A program made the position numbers and the translations under genes. A stretch of DNA of 64,000 nt from positions 62,001-126,000 of the forward strand of contig QPMI01000198.1 in NCBI GenBank assembly GCA_004431415.1. The letters run 5' to 3'. The notes below the pieces were generated by a model that did not search any database, had not been told where the DNA came from, and saw only the letters and a program-made list of their open reading frames with translations. The DNA comes from Cyanophora paradoxa CCMP329. Taxonomy: Eukaryota > Plantae > Glaucophyta. This document shows positions 10,669 to 21,944 of the stretch, piece by piece. Position 1 is the stretch's first letter. Every line of letters starts with the position of its first letter.

Positions 10669-12206
10669 TTTGCTGCTATTGGGCGGTTGTGCGCGCCTGC
10701 GCTCAGTACGGTCAGCGCCGCTCTGTATGTGAGCCTTTCTAGTGTTCTTCTCCGTGCGCGCGCAGGTTTGGCGGGGTTGCGCGCGCTACTGACCTGAAGA
10801 TTTTCCCGAACGATTACCCCCCTGCGGAGCCCGTACCCCCGCTTGGGCATTAAAGCAGTTAACGACGGCGCACGCAACTCAGTAATGTAGTGCATCCAGC
10901 TCAGCGGTGCAGGTAGTAGTAACATTGCGCAGCCCGCGCGCAACTCACCGCGGCGCGCGCGCGCGTGCCGAAGTGCGCGGCCCGGGCCGCGCGCGGCCTC
11001 GGCGCGGCGGCGCGCGGCCGGCGGCGCTCTGTGGCCATGGTGCACGTGCGACGCCGCCTCCGCCGACGCGATATCGATCGACGTCCGACGGTCACACGGA
11101 GTCGACGTCGCGATCTAGACTGCAGCCTAGGCCTGGCAGATCTAGAGCCCCGCAGCCTCATGATCAGCTGCAGGGCCTGGCAGGCTGCAGCTGTGGTCAT
11201 GGCAGCCCAAATGGATATCCGCGCCTCCTCTGCTCCAGTTAACGTTAGCGCTTGGCCTATATAGCTAATATAGCTAGGCCACGGTGCAGTGCACGTGACT
11301 GCTGCAGTGCAGCCGTTTTGAAGGACCGTCGGACCCCGGGCCTTGTGAAGCCTTGAGCATGCGCAGGAGGGTTCATGATATCGATCCGATGATCATTGAT
11401 TGATGAACTCGGAATTACTGAATTACAAATTAAACTTGAAAGCGAATTCCGAAGCTTAAGTTCAAAGCTCAGTGTACATGTGTGTGGTATGTAATTCATA
11501 AATGCCTGCCGGGCTGGCTGCAGCTGCTACCGCGTACCGCCGGGCCGTGGCACACAAACAGTGCGACACTGTCACAGTGTGACAGGCAAATTGAAGCTTA
11601 AAAGCTTATAATTAAGGCCTAGGAGGCAGCCTACATAGCTATCATAGTATAGCTCTACATAGCTAGGATCCCGGAAAACACATGTTACTACTAGTAGGCT
11701 ATACATATGGTAGCAATGTCATTGCAAGAATCATTGAATGCTACGCCCAGTGGCTCACAGGCCTAGGCTGAGGCCGGTTAACGTTGCATCTGCAGCTGAT
11801 GATCACTGTACACAGGTGCAATTATGAACACGCAAAGGTAAAGCCTTCGAAGCAAAGCCTCAGAGTCAGTGCGAATGCTGAATTCAGAAGACGTAACGAT
11901 AAAACGATGGGAAAACTGAGCTCGCAGATAAAGCAAGAGAATGGAGGCTATTGAAGTAACGTCGGATATGTATAGAAATCATTTGTGCGATCGCCGAGTT
12001 AATATTCGCTAATATACTATTTGCAGAAATCAAGGCTATTAGGTTATGTAAATTACGCTGATTGTCAAGAAATCCCCTATGCCCCAACCCAGGTCTAGAT
12101 CTGTCAACGCCCCGAAAGCCTTGACGACTACCCCATGGTCGATCTAGACTGCAAGTAATCTAATCTAGAATCTAGCATGAAACGAGGACCGTCGAGCTCG
12201 CCGCGG

Positions 12207-13423
12207 CTACATGATGACGCAAGCTCGGCTCTTCTTCGGCTGCCCGGGGGTTCCCGCTGCAGCCCCGGGCTGCGCGGGCGGCGGCGCGGCGGGGGCTGCC
12301 CCCTTGGCCTCCGCCGCCGCCTCCGGCTTCGAGGGCGGCTCGGCCGCTGCGGGGGCGACGCGCGGCCCGGCGGCCTTCTGCGGGGCGAGGGGCTATCAGC
12401 TCGGGGGCGACGGAGGGCGCGGGGCGCGAGCGCGGGGCCGGCGCACGGGCTCCCTGTCCGCCCCGAGGAGGCCACTGTCCAGCGCGAACTCGCGCACCTG
12501 CGCCGGCGAACGCAGGCGCCCGTCGGACACCGGGCGGTGGCCTGGGCGCGCTCGCGACCCCCCGCACCTTGTCCTTCTCGTCCTCCTCCTCGTCCTCCTC
12601 GGCCATGCGCCCCAGCGGCACCACCCGCTCCGTGAGCGCCGTCCCCCGCTGCGGCCTCGGCATCAAGGGCGCCCCCCTCGGGGGGCGGGCGGGCGGGGGC
12701 GGACAGAGGCGGCGCGCGCGAGAGGGGCCTTCGCCGCCTGCCAGACGTCGGCGTAGACGTGCGCCGAGGCCGTCGAGAGCTCGCGCCGCTTCCCGTCGAC
12801 CACCGCGAACCTGCCGGCCCGAGGGGCTCGAGGGCGGGCCCCGCGCTGCTCCCGGCGGGGCGGGGCGGACAGCTCGATGGGGTAGACGTAGTCGTGGCCC
12901 TCGGGCCCGTGCACCTGGATGCCCGTGAGCACCGCGTAGTCGCACTTCCGCGGGGCCACCGCCTCCGCCACCTGCCCCCGCCCCGCCGCCCTCAGCGCGC
13001 GCCCCCGCGGCCGGCAGCGCAGCGGGGCGCGCCTGGCGGACGAGGCGCGTGCTAATCTCCATCGCCGTCGCCCGCGTCAGCTCCTGCAGGCTCGGCGCCT
13101 CCCCCATCCCCTGCCCCGCCCCCGCTCAATGCCCCCGCCGAGACCGAGCGCCGGGCCTGCCGCCGGCTGCTCAGGGGGCGGGGCGGGGGTGGGGGACCTT
13201 GGGGGGGACTTTGTTGAAGAGCATGCCGGCGACGAGCGTCATCTCGACTGCGGGGGCGTGAGGGGGCGGGGCGGGCGCGGCTCGGCGGCGGCGCACCGTC
13301 GTCAAAGTTGAGGGGCGGGGCCCCGACGCCCCTGACGTACATCCCCCGCACGCCCAGCAGCGCCCCGCACGCATGCGAGTGCTGCCCCGCCCCACCAGTG
13401 AGCGAGGCGCGCGGTGGGGTGGG

Positions 13424-13454
<31 letters not shown>

Positions 13455-14252
13455 TCGCTGCGGCCGGGGCGCGTGCACTCGCCGACCTCGCCGTCGTGCC
13501 CCAGCGCCACGTGCGCCATCTGCGCGCCCCGCCGTCAGCCACGCGGCGGGGCGGGCGGGCCCGCGTGTGCGCACCCCGAGGAAGACGTAGCGCTCCTTGC
13601 CGTCGGCAGGCTGCGGGCCGGCGCGTGAGGCGGGGCGGGGCGGGGGGGCGGGGGCGGCGCGCGTCGACGGGGGCGTGGGAGATGGCAGCCCTGAGGCCGG
13701 TGGTGCCGAGGGTGGGGAGGCCGGCGAGGGAGGACATGTTGAAGGCGCCCAGGGCGGCCGTCCCCGACGCCTCCTTCTTCCACCGCTCCTGCACGTCGTC
13801 GAAGAACTGCCGGCAGATCTCGTCCCTGCCCCCGCCCCCGCCTCGCCTCCCGCCGCGCCGCGCGGCGGGGCGGGGCGGGGCGGGGCGCGCCGGCAAAGGG
13901 CGACGCAGGGGAGCGTGTTCTCGGGCCGGAAACCGAGCCCCCAGAGGGTCTCGCTGGTGACGTCCAGGAACTCCGCGGCGGGGAGGGCTCCCGGGTACAT
14001 GCGCTCCAGCGTCGCGTGGAAGTTCGGGTGCGCCATGACGCTCTCGAGCTCGCCAGCGAGCCACTGCTTGTTGGCCGGCGCCTCCGCGTCGCCCTTGGGG
14101 GAGAGCCCCGCCCGCTTGACGTCCGTGTACGCAACGGTGTAGCTCGCGGAGCGCTGGCCGATGGAAGCTCTTCGCGAGGGGGAGACGTCCCGGTCGCCCC
14201 CCACGGAGGTCCGGTCGCTCCCCACCGAGGCCCGGCGCGGGGCGTCCAGCAT
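12207..14252 (-). CDS. LCIB/LCIC-family (limiting-CO2-inducible, beta/theta carbonic anhydrase-like) protein with C-terminal CaaX box
   Basis: About 12 exons give YPGAL, LGFRPENTLPCVALCR|DE, LAGLPTLGTTGLRAAISHAP, ERYVF, AHVA, RPGR, ACGAL and DYAVLTGIQVHGP. Cys/His/Cys zinc ligands are present. The last exon ends KKSRACVIM-TAG. Confidence 0.9.
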
Positions 14253-15493
14253 CCTGCCCCCAAACTCGCCGTGAGCGTCCCGCGCCCGCGCCGGTGCGAA
14301 AAGCTATCGAAGTGCGTCTAGGTTGACGGCGGGGTGTCGCTGGGCCGGTCCGGCAGGAAGGCCCTAACTTGGTAAAAACGCAGGTTCCCCAAGCGGCCCA
14401 TCCCACCGCACGCGGAGGCGCCCCGAGCTTTTGCACATGGAACGCACGTTTCAGTGATGTTCAAGCGCGTGTAGCCAATCAGACCGGCCGCTCCCCAATT
14501 AGCTGAGGCGCGCCAAGTTCCCGCACGGGTCAGGATCTGTGCAAGGTCGTGCTGCGCGTGCTGTTAGCTAGTCTATCGCTGTGTGTGCAAGCTTGCGCTC
14601 TCAGTTCGAAAGCGATCGTGCTCTGGACTCCGGGACGTAAGTTGGTGCTGTGGTAAGCTTGCGAGTGGTGTGTACCCCTACATGCACCCCCTTAGGTCCC
14701 CCTAGTCGGCTCGGTCATGACATCGCTCATCAGCATCCGGAGCCGGTCGCTGATCTATCTTAAGCTTACTCGTTAGTTGCACCGTATACGTATAGCTGAT
14801 CTATATATCTTAAGCTTACTAAGTTACTCTTATAAGCTCTTAAGCTTAAGCTGCCCTATACCGTACCCTTGTCACGTGCACCGTACCCTACCGCCAGTAC
14901 CGTGGTACACGAACCTAGTACCTACTACCTAGCTCCATATGCATATGCATGTCCACGCAATCTTATATTATTATATATATATGCATGCATGCATTATATA
15001 TGCAAATGCTTAATTAAGTTTATATATGCATGCGCATGCGCATATATTCGCATTATTAGATTAATATTTGCATGCTATATATATTGATCTTTCTGAACCG
15101 GTTTAATTTCAAGTTACCAGCTGGCAACTTGCGTCGGAGACTCGGAGGCCTCGGAGCCTTTCGGAGGTGGTAGGCTCTGGTAGCCCCCCAGCCGTACGTG
15201 CACTCCGGCGCGGAGGCCCGGGAATTCGGCGGGCCCGTGCGGGGGCCTGATCGAGTAAGGCCGGAGGCCCCTCTCGAGCTCAGAGTCTGGCGGCGCGCCG
15301 CGCGCGGGACCTATGTACGTACGCTGGCCCCTATAGAGCTAGCTAGCCCGCTGCCCGCCGCCTATAGCTCGGGACAGCAGCCGAGCAAGCGCATCCTTTG
15401 CCTAGCCCTAGACTGGCAGAATGAGAGTCGAAGCTTGCATTTAGGGCGACGCGTGGCCGTCGAGCGGGTCATCCATTGGATTCGGCAATTGCA

Positions 15494-18400
15494 ATGGCAA
15501 GCACGCCACCGCCGCTGCGCGGGGCGCCCGCAAAGCCCGGGCAGGTCGCGGCGGTCTACCACCCGGCCATGATGGACGGGCTCGCCGTCAACGCCCGCAC
15601 CTCCCGCCGCATGCTCTGGAGCCCCGCCCTGCGGTGCGACGGCCGCGCCGGAGCCCCGACTTCCTGCGAGCCGGGCCGCCCGAACCGCTCGGCCGCAGGT
15701 GGCTCGTCAAGAACACGAAGGCCGGCGGCATTCCGGTGCTCATGAACGCAGACGACGACCCCGAGTTCGAGGAGCGAAAAAAGGGGTGAGCCCGGCGCCC
15801 CGCCCCGCGCCCAGGCATGCGCGCCCCCGCCGGCCGCGCCCTCAAAGCGGCGTGCTGCGGCGCAGGGCGTGGCCGACCGTCCGGCGCCTCGCCAAGTCGC
15901 TGCGCGCCCAGTCCCTCCTCGTCTGCCCCGCCCCCTCCCCGGCCCCAGCGGCGCCCCCGCGGGGGATGCGGGTGCGAGCGCGGGGGCCGGGGGCGCAGGT
16001 GCTGCTGCTGCTGATCGCGACGCTGTTCGTGGTGATGGGGGTGATCATCTACCAGATCCTCCCCGCCTCCTTCGGCGAGCTCGAGGCCGCCGACGCCAAG
16101 CACTCCCTCGCCCGCCTCTCCTGGCCCGCCCCCCCCCCACTCGCCCCCGCCCCCCCCCCCCCCCCCCCACAAATTAGCTGGAGCCGCGCGCGCCTTTGCT
16201 AATTCCGGGAGGGCCCGCCCCGCCCCGCCCTGCGCCCCGCCGCGCCCCTCTGCTCGCCGCCTCGCGCCCCTCGACGCCGACCCGTCCGAAACGTTGGCTC
16301 TGAGGCGGCGTCGGGGCAGGTCGCTGGTGGAGGCGCTGGAGTCGATGGGGGCGATGGGCCTGCAGTTCGCCAGTTGGGACGAGGCCTGCGAGCTCATGTT
16401 TCCCGGCACCCCGCAGGCCAAGATCGACGAGTTCGTCAAGTACAACTACGGTCCGCCCGCCCGCCCCCCGGCTCCCGGCGTTCGCGGCGCTCAGGGCGGG
16501 GCGGGGCGCAGCTGAGGACATCCTCCCCTCCCTCGACCTCGCCTTCGTCGGCCGTGCGCCCCGCACCCCCGCCCCTGCGCCCCGCCCCGCCCCCTGAGGC
16601 CCCCGCGCGCGCCCCGGCAGACTACGACGTGAACGGGGCGTACCGCTACGGGAGCGCGCTCGGTGGCGAGGGGATGCCGGAGGGCTTCAGGGCGCTGCCG
16701 GCGGGGCACCCGATGCGGGCGGCGGCGAACAGGACGAGCGGCGTCGGGGGCGGCATCTTCCTGCTCCCCTTCGGGGCGGGGACGGACCTCTTCCTGGTGA
16801 CCTCGGCGCCGCTGCAGTTCAGCAACTACTCGGGGGACATCAACGGGGCGCACGTCGGCGTCCTCGTCTGGGGCCGCCGCTTCTCCCCCGCCATCAAGCA
16901 GAAGCTCGCCCGCCAGTCCCAGACCTGCTTCGCCGAGGAGCTCTTCGGCGCCGCCGCCGCCCCCCACGCCGACCCCGACCTCGCCGCCCTCCAGCGCCGC
17001 GCCGCCTCCGAGCCGGCCCCGCCCCTCGGGCCCGCCCCGCCCCCGCCCCCGCATGCGCAGCGTCGGCCCTGCCCATGACGCGGCGCAGGACGGGGTTCCC
17101 GGGGGCGACGAGCTCGTACCCGCCGGTGGAGAGCCGCGCCATCGAGGTGCCCCCGGGTCCGAGGCCCGGGGCCGCCAACGGCACAACCCCCCGCTACTGC
17201 TGGACCGTGCGCAACCCCCTCCCCTGCCCCTTGTCCTCCCCTTCCCCCCTCGCCACGCGAGCGCCGCAAGCGCCGCCGCCGCTCGCAAGGCGCCGACGCG
17301 GGCGGGCGGGCCGGGGGCGGGCAGGCGGAGGGCGGGCGGGGGCGCAGGCGGGGGCGCGCTTCGCGTCGTACGCGGTACTGGGGGACGCCTTCGGGCGCCC
17401 CGCGATGGCCGTCCGCGTCGACATCCCCCGCGGTGCGCCAGCGCGCGGCCCGGCCCGGCGCCGCCCGTGACGAGCCCGCCGCATCCGCGCGCAGACATCG
17501 TGGCCAAGGGGGCGTGGACGCTGACGACGGTCTTCTGGTCCTTCGCCGGCGTCTGCTTCATGATCGCCGTGATCACCATCGTCTACATCGAGGTGGGCGG
17601 CCCTCCACGCGCCCCCCGCCCGGCCCCATCGCGAGGACATATGCATGGCGCGCGGCAGGCGGTGATCGTGCGGCCGATCTCGATGCTGACGCGCTCCGTG
17701 CGGGGCGTGGTGGCCTCGGGGACGCCGGCACCGGGGGCGGGCCCCGGTGGGGGCGAGGCGGGCGGCTCGGTGCACGCAACGCTGCGGCGCGCCGATTTCC
17801 GCTCCGACCTCCACCTCGTCCCCGAGAGCCGCCGCGTCTCCGAACTCGGTCCGCCCCGCCCCCGCCCCACGTCCCTCCCCCGCCCCCGCCCCGCCTCGCC
17901 CCAGCTGAGCCGCGGCGCCGCGCGGCAGAGCTCGAGGGGGCGGGGAAGCGCGATGGCTCCCTCGCGGCCTCCCTCGCCAGCGACCGGGGCCCCGGGGCCC
18001 GGCGGCGGCGCCACCGCGCGGGCCAGCGCGCTGGCGGCGGCCCCGGCGGGGCTCGTCGCCTGGGGCATCGCCCCGGGGCGGCCCCTCTCCCAGGTCCGCG
18101 GCGCCGCAGCCGCCCGCCTTGCCCCGCGCCCCCGTGGCCGCGCGCTGACGCGCGCGGCGGCACGGGCAGATGGACGCGGGCGGCGGGGCGCGAGCGCGGC
18201 GATGAGCCCGACCGGGACGGCGCGGCGCGGCCTCGCCCTCCCGCGCCGCGCGACGGTGCGCCGGGGCCGCGGGGCCCGCCTCGCCCTCCCTCCCCCCCGC
18301 CCCCGCTCAGGCGCGGGGGGCGGGCAGGTGGGGCGCGTGGGCCCCGCGCTGGAGTTCCAGTTCCTCTCGTCGGCGATCAACCGCATGCTAAACTGGATCC

Positions 18401-19732
18401 TCGACCAGAAGGACGCCTCGGAGCGCATCCTCTACGGTGCAGCGCCCCTCCCCGCGCGCGCGCACGGCCCCGCGGCGGGGCGCGCTGAGGCCGGGGCCGG
18501 GGCGGGACCCCCGCAGACACGATCCCGGAGGCGATCGTGGCGCGGCTGAAGGCGGGGGAGGCGAGCATCGCGGACGCCGTCCCCGACGCCACCGTCCTCT
18601 TCGCCGACATCTGCGGTGCCCCGCCCCCGGCCCCGGCCCCGCTCGCCCCGGCGGCCCCTCACCCGCCGCGGGCCCTGCCAGGCTTCACGCAGATGGCGGC
18701 GAACCTGGAGCCGATGTCGCTCGTGTCGCTGCTCTCGCTGGTGTTCACGCGGCTGGACGACGTGATCGCGGGGCGCGGCGTCGAGAAGATCAAGAACATC
18801 GGCGACGCCGTGCTCGCCGTCGCCGGCCTGCGCGAGCAGCTCGCGGCGGACGAGGCCGCCGACGCCGCCAGCTCCCGCGCCTCCCAGGTCCCCCTCGGCC
18901 TCCCCCCGCCGGCCCCCGGGCCGGGGGCTGAGGTGCCGGCAGCGGAACGAGGCGCGGGAGGCGGTGGAGCTCGCCCTCGACATGCTCGACGAGGTCGAGC
19001 GGGTAGCCCGCGCCCCGCGCCCCGCGCCCCGGCCCCGGCCCCGCGCCCCTCTCACCCGCCCCGCTTCACTTCGCGCAGATCAACGCGCAGCACCGGCTGC
19101 GGCTGCAGCTGCGCATCGGGGTGCGGGCGGCCCTTCCCCGCTCTCGCCGCCGCCCGGCGCCCCCCCTGAGGGGGGTGGCAGGTGTGCAGCGGCCCGCTGG
19201 TGGCGGGGGTGATCGGGCGCAAGAAGCTCGTCTTCGACATCTGGGGCGACACCGTCAACGTCGCCTCCAGGCGCCCGCCCCGCCCCGCCCCGCCCCGCCC
19301 CGCCCCGCCCCGCCCCGCCCCGCCCCGCCCGCCCCGCCCCGGCCCGGCCCTGACGCGCTTCCCTCCCCGCAGGATGGAGCAGGCGGCGGAGCCCGGGACG
19401 ATCGCCCTCGCGGAGAGCACCGTCCTCGCCCTCGGCCGCTCCGGCTCCCTCTCCGCCCGCTCCGCCCTCGGCCTCGGCCTCGGCCTCGCTCCCCCCGCCC
19501 CCGCCCCGGCCCCCGCCGCGGGAGACGACGCGCCGTACCCCCTGGAGGCGGTGGGCCCGATCCCGATCAAGGGGAAGGGGGAGATGGCCATCTGGCGCCT
19601 CCGCCCGCGCCGCGAGTGGGGCGCCCCCCGCCCAGCGCCTCCTCCACCCCCGGCCCCGGCCCCGGGCCCCGGCCTCGCCGCCCTCGCGCGGCTTCGCCGC
19701 CTCGGCGGCCCCCTCCGCCTCGCGCTCGCCCT

Positions 19733-19766
<34 letters not shown>

Positions 19767-20099
19767 CTCCATCTCGCCGCTGGGGGGCGGGGGCGTGCTG
19801 GTGGAGGTGCCCGTCTCGCCCTTCTTCAGCCCCGCCATCCCCCCCTTCCAGCCCTCCGCCTTCCCTCGCCCTCGCCACGGCCTCGAGGGCCCCTCCAGCC
19901 CCGCCCCCGCGTCCCCCGCACCCGGCCCCCCGGGCACCCTCCCCGACCCCTCCTGAGCGCCCTATGGCGCCCCCCGCGCCTCTCCCACTCCCCGGCTCGA
20001 GCTCCGCCGCCGCCCCTCCGGCCGCGGCTTGTTTCCCGGTTTCTTATTTCCCCGGCGATTATTATCGGATCGGCATTTACAAGGTCCTTTCCTTACTAA
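15494..20099 (+). CDS. Membrane adenylate cyclase (class III): TM-CHASE4-TM-HAMP-cyclase
   Basis: [20 protein letters not shown]; CHASE4-like ASWDEA and GVLVWGRRF; second TM; HAMP helices; cyclase motifs TVLFADIC|[26 protein letters not shown]|ME and IKGKGEM. Lys and Asp specificity residues indicate ATP. The 3' end is uncertain beyond ~19615. Confidence 0.9.
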
Positions 20100-21350
20100 C
20101 GATAAGTAAACTCCCTCACGTTCCGTGGGCTACATACATCTGTATCCGTCTTCTAGGCTGTAGTCGGCGACCATCGCGCTTTCCCCGCTCCGGCGGGCGT
20201 TTTATTCTGAGCAATCAGTGAGTGTTTCCTGCGAGGCGCCGATGCCTCGTCTGCTTTGATCTTCTCGTCGACACGATCCGATGATCTAGGCCTGCGTTTC
20301 CTGTCTGCTAGCTGTAGCTTGTGATAGGACTCCGCGAAACCCCCAATGCGTTCAAACTTTCTTCATTTTGTAGCATTACAGAAACGTCATTAAATCAAAC
20401 TACATGGTGCCTGCAAACTAAGTTATCGTAGGCAACTCGACAGGATCATCGGATTTCATTTAGTATTGTATCGGGATCTCGAACGGAGAATAGTAGATGC
20501 CTGGAAGATATTGAGTTATAGCTTTAGCTGTGTTCTATTATTGAGCAGGACATACAATGAAGACCGTCGGACCATCATCGGATCGTGGAGGGTCCTGGCC
20601 GGGGCCCGCCACAGTCACTGGGTCCCCGCGGGCCGGCGGTCGCTGTGTCCTGCAGGATCGGGTCCTCTATCTGCGGCCGAGCTGTTACAATTGCAGTGGA
20701 CAAGAAAAAGTGCGACGCCGTGACGGTCAGCGAAGGGGGCTGGACGTGGTGGGGCTGACCTCCAGGCCTCGAGGCCTGGGCACTAGCACGTGCACTTCTC
20801 GTAGTGCCGTACTGCGACATGCGGAACTGCGGCGAGCCGCGGCAGAACTGAGCGGAGCGTCGTTGGAAGAAAGCGAGGAAACCTTTAGCAAGGTACCTCG
20901 CGGGTGTGGCGGAGGCGCCAGGCGAGCTTCCGTCCAAGAAGTGGTGGCGGCCCCCCTTCTTGAGGCGCAGAATTGCGATCACCTCGCCGGCGCTGTTTCG
21001 GAGAGGCGCGCGCGCGCTTCAGCTGCGTGTGAATGATATCGATGCTCCGGCTGCAGCCCGGCGGGATCCGAAACGGCTGCGCGAGGAGCACGGCCGCTTG
21101 CAGGCCTAGGACGCTGCGTTTCGAGTTAGCCGCTGCCTGCGGTACTGCGGCAGCGTGACGGTGCGTGTGCGCGGAGACATCGCCTAGGCTACTGCTAGCG
21201 GCGTTGCGTTGAGTGAGCTCGAGCGCGGGGTAACTGCCAAGGCGACGCTCGCGGAGAAACTGCCAATGCAACGCTTGGAGCGCGGAGTAACTGCCAAGGC
21301 TCAAAGCTGCATAAGCTTTCAGCTTAGGCTGTTGCGACGAAGCAGTGTCA

Positions 21351-21398
21351 AGGCAGCGACGAGGCAGCGTCGAGGCAGCGACGAGGCAGCGTCGAGGC
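21351..21398 (+). repeat. Tandem repeat, 11-bp unit GAGGCAGCG(A/T)C, ~4 copies
   Basis: aggcagcgacgaggcagcgtcgaggcagcgacgaggcagcgtcgaggc read directly. Confidence 0.9.
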
Positions 21399-21944
21399 TT
21401 AGGAGGGGGGGTCCGAGGGGAGGGGCGGGGGGTAGTTCGAGATAAGAACCGCTTCGGCGATCGTGCTGTCTACCCCGCCGGCTAGAGTCGCTTTGAGTTC
21501 AAACCGTATCGCGTACCTCTTTCGATTCGCGTCTTCTGTTCCTAGCTTCCCTTGCGATCATAAATGTACAGCTATAATGGAGGACGCTTCAAGGCCTGCA
21601 GCTGTGTGCAGCAGCTGTGTGCAGCAGCTTCAAGGCATTATGCTATTCAGCAGCAGCGCGATCCGCGCCCGCGCGACTCGGCGCGAGCCGCGACGCGAAC
21701 AGAGGCGCTCATCGGGCGGGCAACTTGCTCCAGGTTATTATGATCAATGCACTAGCTTTAGAATCTGCTTAGGGGTGGCGGTTCACGCGGCGAGCGAGCA
21801 CACTCAGAGGAGCTCCATTTCAAGCGCAGCGCCTAGCTAGCAGCCTGCACCCGCGCATAGCAGCACTCGCAGGCCAGAAGCAGAAGCAGCGCATACGCAC
21901 GTACATCCTCTCGGCGAAGCCCTCGACGCCTCTCAGCGGCGAAG

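Noticed and set aside
20450-21450. ORF-like stretch with short repeats and a purine-rich tract at ~21401-21431, possibly a TE remnant or pseudogene
   Set aside because: No recognisable domain, termini or TSD. Left unannotated.
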